Of a DNA stretch of 52,638 nt, positions 26,496 to 35,944 are shown piece after piece. This stretch comes from a virus (lineage: Duplodnaviria > Caudoviricetes). The position numbers and the translations under genes are program-made. Below the pieces are notes generated by a model, which saw only the letters and a program-made list of their open reading frames with translations, was not told the origin of the DNA and made no database searches. The stretch covers positions 1 through 52,638 of IMG/VR virus record IMGVR_UViG_3300044846_006394. One strand, given 5' to 3'. The first letter of the stretch is position 1. Each line of letters opens with the position of its first letter.

Positions 26496-27229
26496 GGCGT
26501 CACCGTGGGGCGGGCGGCGAGGCGCTCCGAGAGGACGGCGCGGATGGCGAGGAGTGACAGCGACCGGCGCCCCTCGCGCAGACACGCCGCGAGGTCGTCC
26601 AGCGTCCACTCGCCCGCGTTCACCTCGGAGAAGAGGTCGGCGTCGTCGTCGGTGATGTCGGCGCGGACATCCGCGAGGGCGTCGGCCCACTTGCGCCCGA
26701 CGTAGTCGCGCACCTCGCTCACGACGAGCCGGTTGCCGTCCATCGCGGCCTCGGCGCAGAGGTCGTGCGCCCGCTTGTCGAGCGCCTCGGCGGTGCCGTC
26801 GAAGAAGAGGAAGATCTCGTCGTCCGAGGCGAACTGGAAGAAGTCGCCCGCGTCCCAGTAGTGGGGGGACGCCTCGACGGCCTCGGTGATGCCGTCGTTC
26901 AGACGGTGGAGGTCGCGGTTCCACTCGTCGGTGGAATCGAACTCGGCGGCACCGCCGACGCAGAGAGCGTGCAGGAGCGTCTGCGCCTCGTCCGACCGCA
27001 GGTAGGCGGCGATGTGGTCGAAGCTCGCGAGGTCGAGCGGCAGACCCCCGAGGACAGGGTCGAGGCCGCAGTACTCGCGCTCGGGGCGTCCGTTGCCGAC
27101 GCTCTCGCGGACCTCGACGGTGCGGCGCTCGGTGTCGAGGACGAGGCGACGGTCCCAGCCCACGGTGGGGTCGAGGCGGGTGAACTCGGGGAGGTCGATG
27201 CTGACGGGTAGTGCGGCGGTGGTGGTCAT
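26492..27229 (-). CDS. Acidic hypothetical protein
   Basis: CAGGAGACCC RBS; Asp/Glu-rich. Confidence 0.7.
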   Translation of the reverse strand: MTTTAALPVSIDLPEFTRLDPTVGWDRRLVLDTERRTVEVRESVGNGRPEREYCGLDPVLGGLPLDLASFDHIAAYLRSDEAQTLLHALCVGGAAEFDSTDEWNRDLHRLNDGITEAVEASPHYWDAGDFFQFASDDEIFLFFDGTAEALDKRAHDLCAEAAMDGNRLVVSEVRDYVGRKWADALADVRADITDDDADLFSEVNAGEWTLDDLAACLREGRRSLSLLAIRAVLSERLAARPTVTP

Positions 27230-27267
27230 GGCGGGTCTCCTGTCGTGCGGTGGTGGCGGGTGGGGGT

Positions 27268-28553
27268 CTACTGGCGGGCGAGGAGGCGGTGGGCGGCGTC
27301 ACGCATGGCGAGGCTCGTTGCGTCGGTGACGGCCTCCGAGAGTCGCGAGGGCGTGTTGTCGGGGTCGAAGATGAGCGTGCGGCGCACGCCCGCGAGAGTG
27401 TCGGCCCACATCCGCTTGTTGATTCGGTCGCACGCGGGACACTCGTTCCAGTTCGCGATGGACGGCGCGTCGGTCAGCAGTCCGATGAACATTCGGGACG
27501 GGACAAGCTTCGGGACGAGCCGCTCGCAACCGATGCAGAGCGTGAGCGCGGGGGTCGGCATGGTGGTCTCCTGCGGGGGTGGGTGGTCTAGGCGTTGACC
27601 GGCGCGCTGTGGGCCTTTTCGTAGTGCGCGGCGTATTCGACCTTGCTGAAGGACTCTCGATCCTTCTTCTTCCGCAGGACGATGGCCTCCCCGCAAGCGG
27701 GACACTTGCCGACGCCGTGCAGACCTTTAGCGTCACGCTTGAACTCGATGTCGAACATGAAGGGAATGCCGATGGACATGGGGGTCTCCTGTCGGTGGTG
27801 TGTGGGGCGGGTGGCCTACAGGCCGCGACCGCCGGTGCGGTGGTGAAGCTCAATCTGAAGCTCGACCCACGCCCCGCGCAGGTAGGCGTCGAAAGCGGTG
27901 TGGCTCACGCGGACGGCGTGGCCCTCGTTCAGAATCTGATGGGCGGCTTCCCCGATGAGCTTGTCGAACTCGGCGTCGGTGCCGGTGAACTCGTCATCGA
28001 ATATTGCGCCCTGCTCGGCGGCGTCCTTGAACCATTCTTCGGGGGACATGAGGCGCTTCTTGCTCGGCATGGGGGTCTCCTGTCGGTGGTCGGCGTTGGG
28101 ACCGACCTCGGGGGTTACGGCGCGGGTGTGGTGGCACCCGCGCTCCCTCGCCCTTGAGTGCTAGCGGCGAAGAGTCTCGGGGGTGTTCGACTGCTCGCGG
28201 GGGTCCAGCGCCTCTCCCAGCGTGACGCGCTCCTCGCGCACGGTCTCGGTCGCGGGGCGGCGAAGACGGGCGGCGAGGGCGGCGTCGAGCGCCTCGTTCG
28301 CGTGCAGGGCGTGCGCCGTGAAGAAGTCGCGAGCGGCGGCGAGGGCGGCGAGGTGCGTGCGGTACTCCGCGCTGGCCTTACCGTAGGCGTCGTCGCCCTG
28401 CGGGTAGTAATCGCGGGCGTGGGGTGCGGCCTCAGCGACCCGCCCGACGACCGTGTCGAGCGCGAACCATGCCTCGTTCGCGAGCTTGAAGAGACGCTCG
28501 GCACCGCTGCCGTTGAAGTGGATGGTCGGGAGGGTCGGGGTCGGGGTCGTCAT
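27268..28553 (-). other. Four early genes: 27268-27561 (two CxxC), 27588-27779 (CxxC...H..H), 27816-28070 (acidic), 28161-28553
   Basis: Each preceded by a CAGGAG RBS cassette. Confidence 0.65.
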
Positions 28554-28603
28554 CGGAGGCTCCTGTCGGGTCGGGGGGAGTGGGGTTCCCGACCGTGAAA
28601 CGA

Positions 28604-28633
28604 ACCCTATCCGACCCCGTTGACAGGTGTCAA
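28604..28633 (-). promoter_or_regulatory. Sigma70-type early promoter with overlapping palindromic operator
   Basis: TTGACA-N18-TAGGGT; TTGACAccTGTCAA. Confidence 0.7.
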
Positions 28634-28730
28634 AAGAAAAGTGGCATGGCCCCGAAACACCGTGTTTTCAAGCTGTTCTGCGTCGGTACCGGCCCATGCA
28701 CAGGGGGTACGGCGGCGTGCATAGGGGGAG

Positions 28731-28775
28731 AAAAGAGACCCCCCCTGCCGCCACGGTGGACGAGAGGGGGGGTCA
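28731..28775 (-). terminator. Intrinsic terminator after the ATPase gene
   Basis: GACCCCCCC...GGGGGGGTC then TCTTTT on the minus strand. Confidence 0.6.
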
Positions 28776-28801
28776 CGGGGGTCGAACGGTGGCCCGATGG
28801 C

Positions 28802-30490
28802 CTACGCCGCGTCGGTCACGGTCTCCTCGGGCGCCGACCTGGACGCCGTCTGCACGATGGTCCAGCCCTTCGGCAGACGTCCCGCAGGCGCCACCGGCGA
28901 GGCGAGGACGACCTGCTGGGGAACGTCTGCGAAGGCCCGCAGGACGGCGGTCAGCGTGTGCGCGTCGAACGCACGCTCCTCGGGAATGAGGACCGCGAAG
29001 CCGTCACCGGCAGTGGCAGAAGCCATCGCGGCCATGACACGCGCCCACTCGGCACCGCTCAGAGCCGTGTGGATGCGCCCGTCGCGAACGAGGCCGAACT
29101 GGACCACCTCACGCTCCCCGTCCTTCAGCCGCAGGTCGAACGTGTCGCCCTTCGGCAGGTGGCTCTGCACCTTCGCGACGAACGCGGCGAGCGCCTTGTC
29201 GAGAACGATGGCGACCGCCTCCTCGCACGCCCCCTTGAGCGCGGACCAGCGTTCTGCCGCAGCCTCGGCCTCCAGGGCGGCGCTCTCGGCGCCCTTCACC
29301 TTGGTCCACGCATCGGCGGTGGCCTTGTAGTCGAGGAACGAGGTCTCCAGCTTGTCGAGGTCGGCCTTCGCATCGGCGGCGGTGAAGCCCAGCGGGTCCG
29401 ACGCGGCCCCGAGCGCCTCGACCTCGCGCTCCAGCGTCTGCACCGTGCCGATGGCCCTCTCGGCGGCGATGCGAAGGCCGGTGACACACTGCTCGACACC
29501 GCGCCGCTCGACACCTGCGGCCTGTGACGCGGCGATGGCCCCCTCGACCGCTGCGAGGTCCGACGCGGACGGCTTGCCGACACCGCAGACGAGGCACTCG
29601 CCCGCCGCCACGGCGACCTTCAGCACCTCGCAAACGTGCGTCAGGACCGGGTGGACCGGCGTGACCTCGGGCAGGTTCGCAAGCTCCCCCTGCGCGAAGG
29701 CGTGCGCCTCGACGGCCTGTTGCGCGGCGGTGACGGCGGCGGTCAGGCGGTCACTGGTTCCCTTGAGTCGGTCGAACGCGCCCTCGGCGGCAATGGCCCG
29801 CTGATAGGTCTCGCGGGCCTCCTGCACAATCTTTGCGACCTCGGCCACCTGCGCCGCAGTCGGAGGAGCGGCGCGGCCACCTCCGACGAGCTTCGCCGCC
29901 TCCCGCTGCGTCTTCGCGTTCGCGTTCGACTCGCGCTGCTGCTTGCCCGACATTTCCAAGACGGCGACGAGGGCGTCCGGGGCCGACAGGGCCGAGGGCT
30001 GAGAAGCGAGCGCCGTCTGCCACAGAGGAACGACCGCCTCGGGCAGGAGCGCGGCGATGTCAGCGCGGGTGACCGCACCGGCGACCTTGCCGAGCAGGAA
30101 CTTCCGCGCCGTCACCGGCGACCCGAGGAGCGCCTCCTTCAGCGTGCGAATGGGCAGGACGCTGTCGATGTCGAGCGTGCGCGGACGAACAGCGACCGCC
30201 TTCTTCGCTTTCGCGGTCGAGCCTTCGACCATGTAGGACGCGCCCTCGCCGGTGTCGAACGTGACCTCCGCGAGGAGGTTCTGACCGGCGGGCGCAAGCT
30301 GCATGACGTCGGCCTCGCGGGCGACATCCTCGCGGCCCGCGATGTCCGACACGCGCCCCGTGAGCGCGAGTTCGATGGCGTTGATGACCGTGGACTTGCC
30401 CGAGCCGTTGGGGCCGACGAGCAGCGTCTTCGGCCCGATCTCGATGTCGGCGCCTACCTTCACGTTGGTGCGAACGTGCTTGATGTACAT
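28802..30490 (-). CDS. Rad50/SbcC-like coiled-coil ABC ATPase
   Basis: Walker A GPNGSGKS, central CLVC hook, LSGAE signature, degenerate Walker B. Confidence 0.8.
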   Translation of the reverse strand: MYIKHVRTNVKVGADIEIGPKTLLVGPNGSGKSTVINAIELALTGRVSDIAGREDVAREADVMQLAPAGQNLLAEVTFDTGEGASYMVEGSTAKAKKAVAVRPRTLDIDSVLPIRTLKEALLGSPVTARKFLLGKVAGAVTRADIAALLPEAVVPLWQTALASQPSALSAPDALVAVLEMSGKQQRESNANAKTQREAAKLVGGGRAAPPTAAQVAEVAKIVQEARETYQRAIAAEGAFDRLKGTSDRLTAAVTAAQQAVEAHAFAQGELANLPEVTPVHPVLTHVCEVLKVAVAAGECLVCGVGKPSASDLAAVEGAIAASQAAGVERRGVEQCVTGLRIAAERAIGTVQTLEREVEALGAASDPLGFTAADAKADLDKLETSFLDYKATADAWTKVKGAESAALEAEAAAERWSALKGACEEAVAIVLDKALAAFVAKVQSHLPKGDTFDLRLKDGEREVVQFGLVRDGRIHTALSGAEWARVMAAMASATAGDGFAVLIPEERAFDAHTLTAVLRAFADVPQQVVLASPVAPAGRLPKGWTIVQTASRSAPEETVTDAA

Positions 30491-30568
30491 GGGTTCCCCT
30501 TGCGTTGCGCCCGTGAGCGCGGTTGGTGGTCTCCCTCCGAGAGCGGTGGTGGAGGGCCGTGCGTTGAA

Positions 30569-30793
30569 TCAGACGCCGCGTTCGACAGCGAAGCGGCGAA
30601 GGCCGTCCAGCATGAGCGGATGCGGCGCGTGGCCTTCCTTCCACCAGCGGTAGACGGTGCGCTCAGATACCTGCGCCTTCTCGCCTATCTGCGCGGGCGT
30701 GACTCCTGCTCCGAGAAGCCTCGCGATGAGTGCGCTGGCCTCTTCGGCCCTCTGCTGAAGCACAACGTGCTGCATGGTCTTTCGATCCGACAT
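30569..30793 (-). CDS. Cro-like HTH regulator
   Basis: TPAQIGEKAQVSERTVYRW; AGGAGG RBS; operator copy upstream. Confidence 0.75.
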   Translation of the reverse strand: MSDRKTMQHVVLQQRAEEASALIARLLGAGVTPAQIGEKAQVSERTVYRWWKEGHAPHPLMLDGLRRFAVERGV

Positions 30794-30842
30794 CGTTCCT
30801 CCTGTGGCTGCTGTACCGCTCTGACACCTGTCAAGTCAAGTG

Positions 30843-31250
30843 TCAGAGGACGCAGCGCCAGCCGGTGAAGTAGTCCTCGGCGTCCACGACCTCGATGGCT
30901 CGGACGGCGGTGCCGTGCTGAACGCTGGTGCCGTCGCCGTCCAGTTCTGCGAAGACGACCGGCACGCTCGCGGCGATGGCCTCTCCGACGATGGCCGACG
31001 TGGCCTTGCCTACGCGCTCCTCGGGGACGACGACGAGCGAGTAGAACCGGCGCCCCGTGTCTACGTCGCGGCGGCGGGTGACGCTGCGAATCCAAGCGTT
31101 GATGTGGCCCTCGCTCGCGATGTTCGAGGCGTAGTCGTCGCGGCCAGTAGTGACCTCGACGCCAGGCAGAGCGGTGCGGAGTGCGGCGACGAAGCCGTCG
31201 ATGCGTTCGTCGTCCCACGACTTCGGATGCGCGAAGAAGGCGCGTTCCAT
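30843..31250 (-). CDS. Hypothetical alpha/beta protein
   Basis: AAGGGG RBS; FFAHP N-terminal strand. Confidence 0.6.
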   Translation of the reverse strand: MERAFFAHPKSWDDERIDGFVAALRTALPGVEVTTGRDDYASNIASEGHINAWIRSVTRRRDVDTGRRFYSLVVVPEERVGKATSAIVGEAIAASVPVVFAELDGDGTSVQHGTAVRAIEVVDAEDYFTGWRCVL

Positions 31251-31289
31251 GCTGTCCCCTTGTCGGCGCGGTGGTGCGCTGACACCTGT

Positions 31290-32285
31290 CTACTGCTCGT
31301 CGGCATTCACGGCAAGTGCCGACACCGTCGCAATGCGCTCTCCGATACGGCGCATCACGGGAACCGCCATCGAGTTCCCCATCGTCTTGTACCGCAGCCC
31401 ATCCGGCGCGGTCGGCTTGCGGCGCCACGGGATGTCGGTCCACCCCTTGGGGAAGCCTTGAAGCTGCTCGTACTCGCAGGGCGTGAGCTTTCGGACCACC
31501 TCGCGAGTGAGGCCGGTCGCAGGGTCTGTCGCCGTGACGACGATGGGGTTCCCCACGATGCCGTCGCGCCCGCACGACGGCCCCTTGTAGTCCCTGCTGT
31601 TGAGCGTCTGTGCTACCCGCCCGAAGTCGCCACCGCCCGCAGCGCGCGCTCCAGCACCTCGGGGAGCGTGACCCCGCGCTTCGTCGCCCTTCGCAGTATC
31701 CCCGCGCAGGCTTTCGGACTCAAAAAGAACCTCGGCGGGATTGGCCCCGTCTCCAAGATGCGCGACAACGAAGACCCGCCTGCGACGTTGAGGCACCGGC
31801 CCCCGTCCGCGAGGGTCTCCATGCAGAGAACAGCCTCCGACGCTCTGCGCGTCCAGGGTTCGATAGGCCCACTTGAACCCGAGTTCTCCCAGCGCCCCGA
31901 GGAAGGAACCAAAGTCCCGTCCGCCTCCCGACGACAGGACGCCGGGGACGTTTTCCCACAAGAGCCACTTGACCTTGAGGTGGTCCGCGAGCGCGAGGAA
32001 CGTGAGCGCGAGGTTTCCTCGGGGGTCTTCAAGCCCTTTGCGGAGGCCCGCGACGGAGAAGGACTGACAGGGAGTGCCTCCGACAAGAAGGTCAACTGAG
32101 CCGGGTTCGATGTCCCATTCTTTGTAGCGCGTGAGGTCGCCATAGTTCTTCACCTGCGGGAAACGATGCGCGAGGACCGCGCTCGGAAAAGGTTCGATTT
32201 CGCTGAAGCCGACCGGCGTCCAGCCCAGCGGCTCCCACGCAACGCTCGCGGCCTCTACGCCGCTGCACACGCTCAAGTAGCGCAT
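31290..32285 (-). CDS. DNA (cytosine-5) methyltransferase
   Basis: LSVCSG, GGTPCQSFS, ENV, QRRRRVF, RKLTP.E...LQGFP and GNS motifs. Confidence 0.92.
   Translation of the reverse strand: MRYLSVCSGVEAASVAWEPLGWTPVGFSEIEPFPSAVLAHRFPQVKNYGDLTRYKEWDIEPGSVDLLVGGTPCQSFSVAGLRKGLEDPRGNLALTFLALADHLKVKWLLWENVPGVLSSGGGRDFGSFLGALGELGFKWAYRTLDAQSVGGCSLHGDPRGRGPVPQRRRRVFVVAHLGDGANPAEVLFESESLRGDTAKGDEARGHAPRGAGARAAGGGDFGRVAQTLNSRDYKGPSCGRDGIVGNPIVVTATDPATGLTREVVRKLTPCEYEQLQGFPKGWTDIPWRRKPTAPDGLRYKTMGNSMAVPVMRRIGERIATVSALAVNADEQ
31613..32143 (-). CDS. Overprinted alternative-frame ORF (M.EcoHK31I beta-subunit-like)
   Basis: Nested same-strand ORF ending SLSRILE..PIP.RFFLSPKACAGILRRA..RG..LP..LE.AL. Confidence 0.55.
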   Translation of the reverse strand: MATSRATKNGTSNPAQLTFLSEALPVSPSPSRASAKGLKTPEETSRSRSSRSRTTSRSSGSCGKTSPASCRREADGTLVPSSGRWENSGSSGPIEPWTRRASEAVLCMETLADGGRCLNVAGGSSLSRILETGPIPPRFFLSPKACAGILRRATKRGVTLPEVLERALRAVATSGG

Positions 32286-32437
32286 CAGTTCAACTCCTCC
32301 TTCAGTGTGTCGAGGAATGCGATGAGGTCTGTGTAGTGCGGGTGGCTGGTGAACCATTCGTGCAACGTGGCGCGAACGGCGGGCGACAGCGCCCGAATCT
32401 CGGCCTTCATCTCTTCGTCCAGCTTCGGCTCAGACAT
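32285..32437 (-). CDS. 50-aa hypothetical protein
   Basis: MSEPKLDEEMK...; overlaps polymerase stop and MTase start. Confidence 0.55.
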   Translation of the reverse strand: MSEPKLDEEMKAEIRALSPAVRATLHEWFTSHPHYTDLIAFLDTLKEELN

Positions 32438-35093
32438 CGCTCCACCTCGCTCCGATCTTCGCCTTGGCCTTGAACGGCACGCCGTCGAGGCCGGGAATGC
32501 TGCGATTCATCGCCTTCTCAATCTCTCGCGCAGACCAGTTGGCCTCGCAGGTGCATCCGATGGGACACCAGCCGAACTCGCGCTGTTTTTCGTCGGGCTT
32601 GCCGTTCGCGAGCTTCGGCACCTCATACTGCGGATGCGGACACGGCGCCTCGACGTACAGCGCGTCATGCACCTGTGCGATGAGGCCGGTCCCCTTGCCC
32701 CACTTGCCGAACGGGATCACCTTCAGCAGGTCGAACGTGCTGTCGTGGATGATGGCGCTGCCCGCCGACTGAATGGGGAAGTTGACGATCTCGTTGAACT
32801 TCTCGCCGTCGAGGAAGTCGCGCCGACGAAGCCACACGGGGTCAAGGATGAAGCCGCTGTTGCGGTACTCGTCGAGGCAGTCGTCCCACCAGCGCGGAAG
32901 CTCAGGAATGCCGTCGAGCCACCGGCGCCGCAGCGTCGATATCTCGCGCACCGAGAGGTCGGGGTACATCAGGTTGCCCTGCTCGTCCTCGGCGCTCGTC
33001 ACCAGCCCGTGAACGGTCTCGTCGCCGCTGCCGTAGAACGAGGCGTACTTGATGCCCTTCGCGATCTTGCGAAGCTTGTCCCACTGGTCGCTCTTCGGCT
33101 CCAGTACGTCGAACGCCTTGCCGAACATGAGCGAGGCCGTCATCGCGTGCGGGTCTTTGCCCTGGGCGAACGCCTCAAGGTACACGGCGATCTGCGCCAC
33201 GGCGGTGATGATCCGAAGTTCCAACTGGTCCGCGTCTGCGCCGACGAGGACGCATCCGGGCTGCGCGATGACCATGCCGCGCAGGTGCTTCGGCCAGTTC
33301 TGAGCATTCGGATTCGATGACGACAGGCGCCCGCTGGTGGTCCCGTGGGCGTTGTAGTCGGGGCGCACTCGACCGTCCGCCATGATGAGGCCGCGAGCCG
33401 CCTCGTTCTGCTCCTCGTCGCTCTCAAAGCGCACGCCGTTGACCGGCTGGCCGTAGGGAACCATTCGCTTGAGGTAGGTGCCGAACTCCTTCGCAGCGCG
33501 ACGGTAGCGGCGCAGCGCATCGACGAACGTGACGAACCGCTTGTCGCCCGAGTTCTGCGTCCGCATGAGCCGCAGGGAGTCGTCAGCGGTCGAAGGGTCG
33601 CCGCTCTTCGTGTACTCGGCGGGCGTCATCTTCCATGAGTCGAAGATGAGCGACCGAATCTGCAACGGGCTGTTCGCGTTGAACTCCGACCGGCCCGAGG
33701 CGTCGAGGGTCCGCTGGCGCCACAGGTTCATTTCCTCCATGACGCGGCGGGTCTCCTCCTGCACGCGCTGCCCGTCGATGAGCATCCCTGTCTGATGCAT
33801 TCCGACGCAGACCTCCTGCACGCGATGGTCGCGCTCGACCACCTGCTCCTGGCCCCGCAGCTTCGCGGCCTCGGCCAGCGGCGGGAGAACACGCGCCGTC
33901 ACGCAGCAGTCGATGGCGCAGTAGACGCCCAGTTCTTCGTCGCTCGATGCCTCCTTCGCCGTGTGCGCGTCCTTCCACGACGTAACGTCGGTGTAGACGC
34001 TGCCGACGTAGGCGAGCCGGTGTGGAAGCTCCGACTCGACCGAGCGGTGCAGAAGGATGGTGTCGAGCAGCGGCGCGGGCGTGACGCCGAAGTGCTGCTC
34101 GATGACCATGCGGTCGAAGTATCCGGCGTTGTGGCCCACCTTGAGGATGGCGGGGTCCGCGAAGAACTCCCGCAGGATGCGCCGAATCTCGACCTCGTCG
34201 TCGGCACGGTAGTGGCTCCCGACGAGCGCCCCATTCGGCCCTTCGATGGAGAGCAGGTGGACGACCATCGCTTCTGTCATCGTCGAGAGGCCGACGCACT
34301 TGAGCTTCGCGACCGTGGGGTCATCGAAGGTGGTCTCGACATCGTAGATGATGGGCTGGCCGAGGTTGCGCGAGAGGAAGCCGACAAGCTGCATCGGCGT
34401 CGGGTCTCGGACGATGACAGGGTCGCTCCAGTTCAACTGCCCTCGGAACCAGCGGAAGGCTCGGGCGAGGTCGGTCTGAAAGGCCCGCGCCCACCGGCGG
34501 GCCTTCACCACATGGCCGGGATGCAGCGTCGGCATCACCTTGAGCTTCGTCCCGCTGACGCTGACGGGCCGCTCGCCTTCGTGGAACCGGCCCACGGCGT
34601 CGAACCATCCGGGCATCGGCCCCCCTCGGATGTCGAGGACAGGGCGGGACTTGCCAGTAAGGGCGTGCAGCGCCGTCTTGCCGAGGGTGATGATGTGCGG
34701 GTGTCGCAGGTCCGCGAGCAGCCTCGGGCGGCAGCAGTCGATGGGCGACGGCACCGGCTCCTCGCCCTCCTCGACGAGCTTCTTGTTCGCCCGCTGCCAG
34801 CGCAGCATCACTTTGTCGAGGTCGCCCTCGGGAGGGGCGCACGCAATGGCATGGTGCAGGGCAACTTGCGTGCGCTGCACGCCGATGCTCGTCAGCGTGT
34901 TGGTGAACTCCATGCCTCCAGGGCCGACGAGGGGACGTCCGACGTTGCACTCCTTCTCGCCGGGAGTCTCGGAGATGACATCGGCCATGTCGCCCGCGTG
35001 GCGCTCAGGGCCGACAGGCCCGCCGACGCGGATGGTGCGGAGGGAACATTCGGAGCATCGGGCGCCGAGCGCCTCGGGGTCGTAGGTCGGCAT
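32430..35093 (-). CDS. polA: Family A DNA polymerase with N-terminal UDG-like and 3'-5' exonuclease domains
   Basis: CxxC..ETPG..E..GRPLVG...LHP; DVET, HN..FD, YCAID; TSGRLSSSNPN.QN, D..QLELR, R..AK...Y..YG, QVHD. Confidence 0.93.
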   Translation of the reverse strand: MPTYDPEALGARCSECSLRTIRVGGPVGPERHAGDMADVISETPGEKECNVGRPLVGPGGMEFTNTLTSIGVQRTQVALHHAIACAPPEGDLDKVMLRWQRANKKLVEEGEEPVPSPIDCCRPRLLADLRHPHIITLGKTALHALTGKSRPVLDIRGGPMPGWFDAVGRFHEGERPVSVSGTKLKVMPTLHPGHVVKARRWARAFQTDLARAFRWFRGQLNWSDPVIVRDPTPMQLVGFLSRNLGQPIIYDVETTFDDPTVAKLKCVGLSTMTEAMVVHLLSIEGPNGALVGSHYRADDEVEIRRILREFFADPAILKVGHNAGYFDRMVIEQHFGVTPAPLLDTILLHRSVESELPHRLAYVGSVYTDVTSWKDAHTAKEASSDEELGVYCAIDCCVTARVLPPLAEAAKLRGQEQVVERDHRVQEVCVGMHQTGMLIDGQRVQEETRRVMEEMNLWRQRTLDASGRSEFNANSPLQIRSLIFDSWKMTPAEYTKSGDPSTADDSLRLMRTQNSGDKRFVTFVDALRRYRRAAKEFGTYLKRMVPYGQPVNGVRFESDEEQNEAARGLIMADGRVRPDYNAHGTTSGRLSSSNPNAQNWPKHLRGMVIAQPGCVLVGADADQLELRIITAVAQIAVYLEAFAQGKDPHAMTASLMFGKAFDVLEPKSDQWDKLRKIAKGIKYASFYGSGDETVHGLVTSAEDEQGNLMYPDLSVREISTLRRRWLDGIPELPRWWDDCLDEYRNSGFILDPVWLRRRDFLDGEKFNEIVNFPIQSAGSAIIHDSTFDLLKVIPFGKWGKGTGLIAQVHDALYVEAPCPHPQYEVPKLANGKPDEKQREFGWCPIGCTCEANWSAREIEKAMNRSIPGLDGVPFKAKAKIGARWSDV

Positions 35094-35165
35094 GGTGGTG
35101 CCTCGGTAGCGGGGAACGGAAGAAGGCCGAGAGGTCGCCCCCTCGGCCCCTAGTAGCGGGCGCTG

Positions 35166-35417
35166 TCAGTACTGAACGTCGTCCTCGAAGACCTCGACCG
35201 TCGTCGTGTGGCAAACGAGGCGGGAGTCGAACTCCTCCTCGGTGTCGGGCGCGTCGTTCTCGGTCGCCACCTCGCCATCGCGGATGCGCTCGCGCTCTGC
35301 GGCCTCATGGAGCAGGTCGCAGATGTCGTCCTGCATCTGCGCCTGCGCTTCCAGCGCGACCGCGATGCGCTGGAGGAGGTTGTTCTGCTCTCGAAGGACT
35401 TTTGCCAGTTCTTCCAT
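35166..35417 (-). CDS. Acidic coiled-coil hypothetical protein
   Basis: AGGAGA RBS. Confidence 0.6.
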   Translation of the reverse strand: MEELAKVLREQNNLLQRIAVALEAQAQMQDDICDLLHEAAERERIRDGEVATENDAPDTEEEFDSRLVCHTTTVEVFEDDVQY

Positions 35418-35427
35418 CGGGAATCTC

Positions 35428-35664
35428 CTAGAGCGGCTGGTCGCCGCCGGTGGCCTTGAGCGCCTTGGCACGCTGGTGCTGGCGCTCGCAGATGGGCATA
35501 CAGAACTCGACCTGCGCGTTGAACATGGCCTCGTTCGCCTTCACAGGCTCAAAGCCAATCTCACGAAGCTGCTGTCGGGCGTAGTCCGCGCACTCCGACT
35601 TGCAGGTCTTCTCACAGGCTTGAGTGAGGAGCGCGAGGGCTGCGCCGATGAGGAAGCGGCCCAT
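35428..35664 (-). CDS. Small Cys-rich lipoprotein
   Basis: Signal ending LLTQAC. Confidence 0.55.
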   Translation of the reverse strand: MGRFLIGAALALLTQACEKTCKSECADYARQQLREIGFEPVKANEAMFNAQVEFCMPICERQHQRAKALKATGGDQPL

Positions 35665-35898
35665 CTACTTCTCGTCCTTCTTCGGGGCTTCCATCGTTCC
35701 GATGAGCGCCGCGAAGATGCCCGCAGCAGGAGCCGCGAGCAGCAGACCCATGAACGCACCGGCGAGACCGCAGGTGAGGACCGCCGCGATGGCGATGCCC
35801 TCACGCTGCTTCCTGAGCGCGAGGATGAGCGGGATGATCCCGCAGATGATGCCCATGAGCATTCCCATGAGCGCGTTCTGAATGATCGTTTCGTCCAT
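35665..35898 (-). CDS. Small multi-TM protein
   Basis: Hydrophobic throughout; AAGGGG RBS. Confidence 0.6.
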   Translation of the reverse strand: MDETIIQNALMGMLMGIICGIIPLILALRKQREGIAIAAVLTCGLAGAFMGLLLAAPAAGIFAALIGTMEAPKKDEK

Positions 35899-35944
35899 TG
35901 CTGTTCCCCTTGTGAAAATGAAGTGTCGGTTCGCCCCATCGCTC

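Noticed and set aside
30843-31250. TIR or deoxyribosyltransferase-like defence enzyme
   Set aside because: Only the N-terminal FFAHP strand fits; catalytic residues could not be supported by eye
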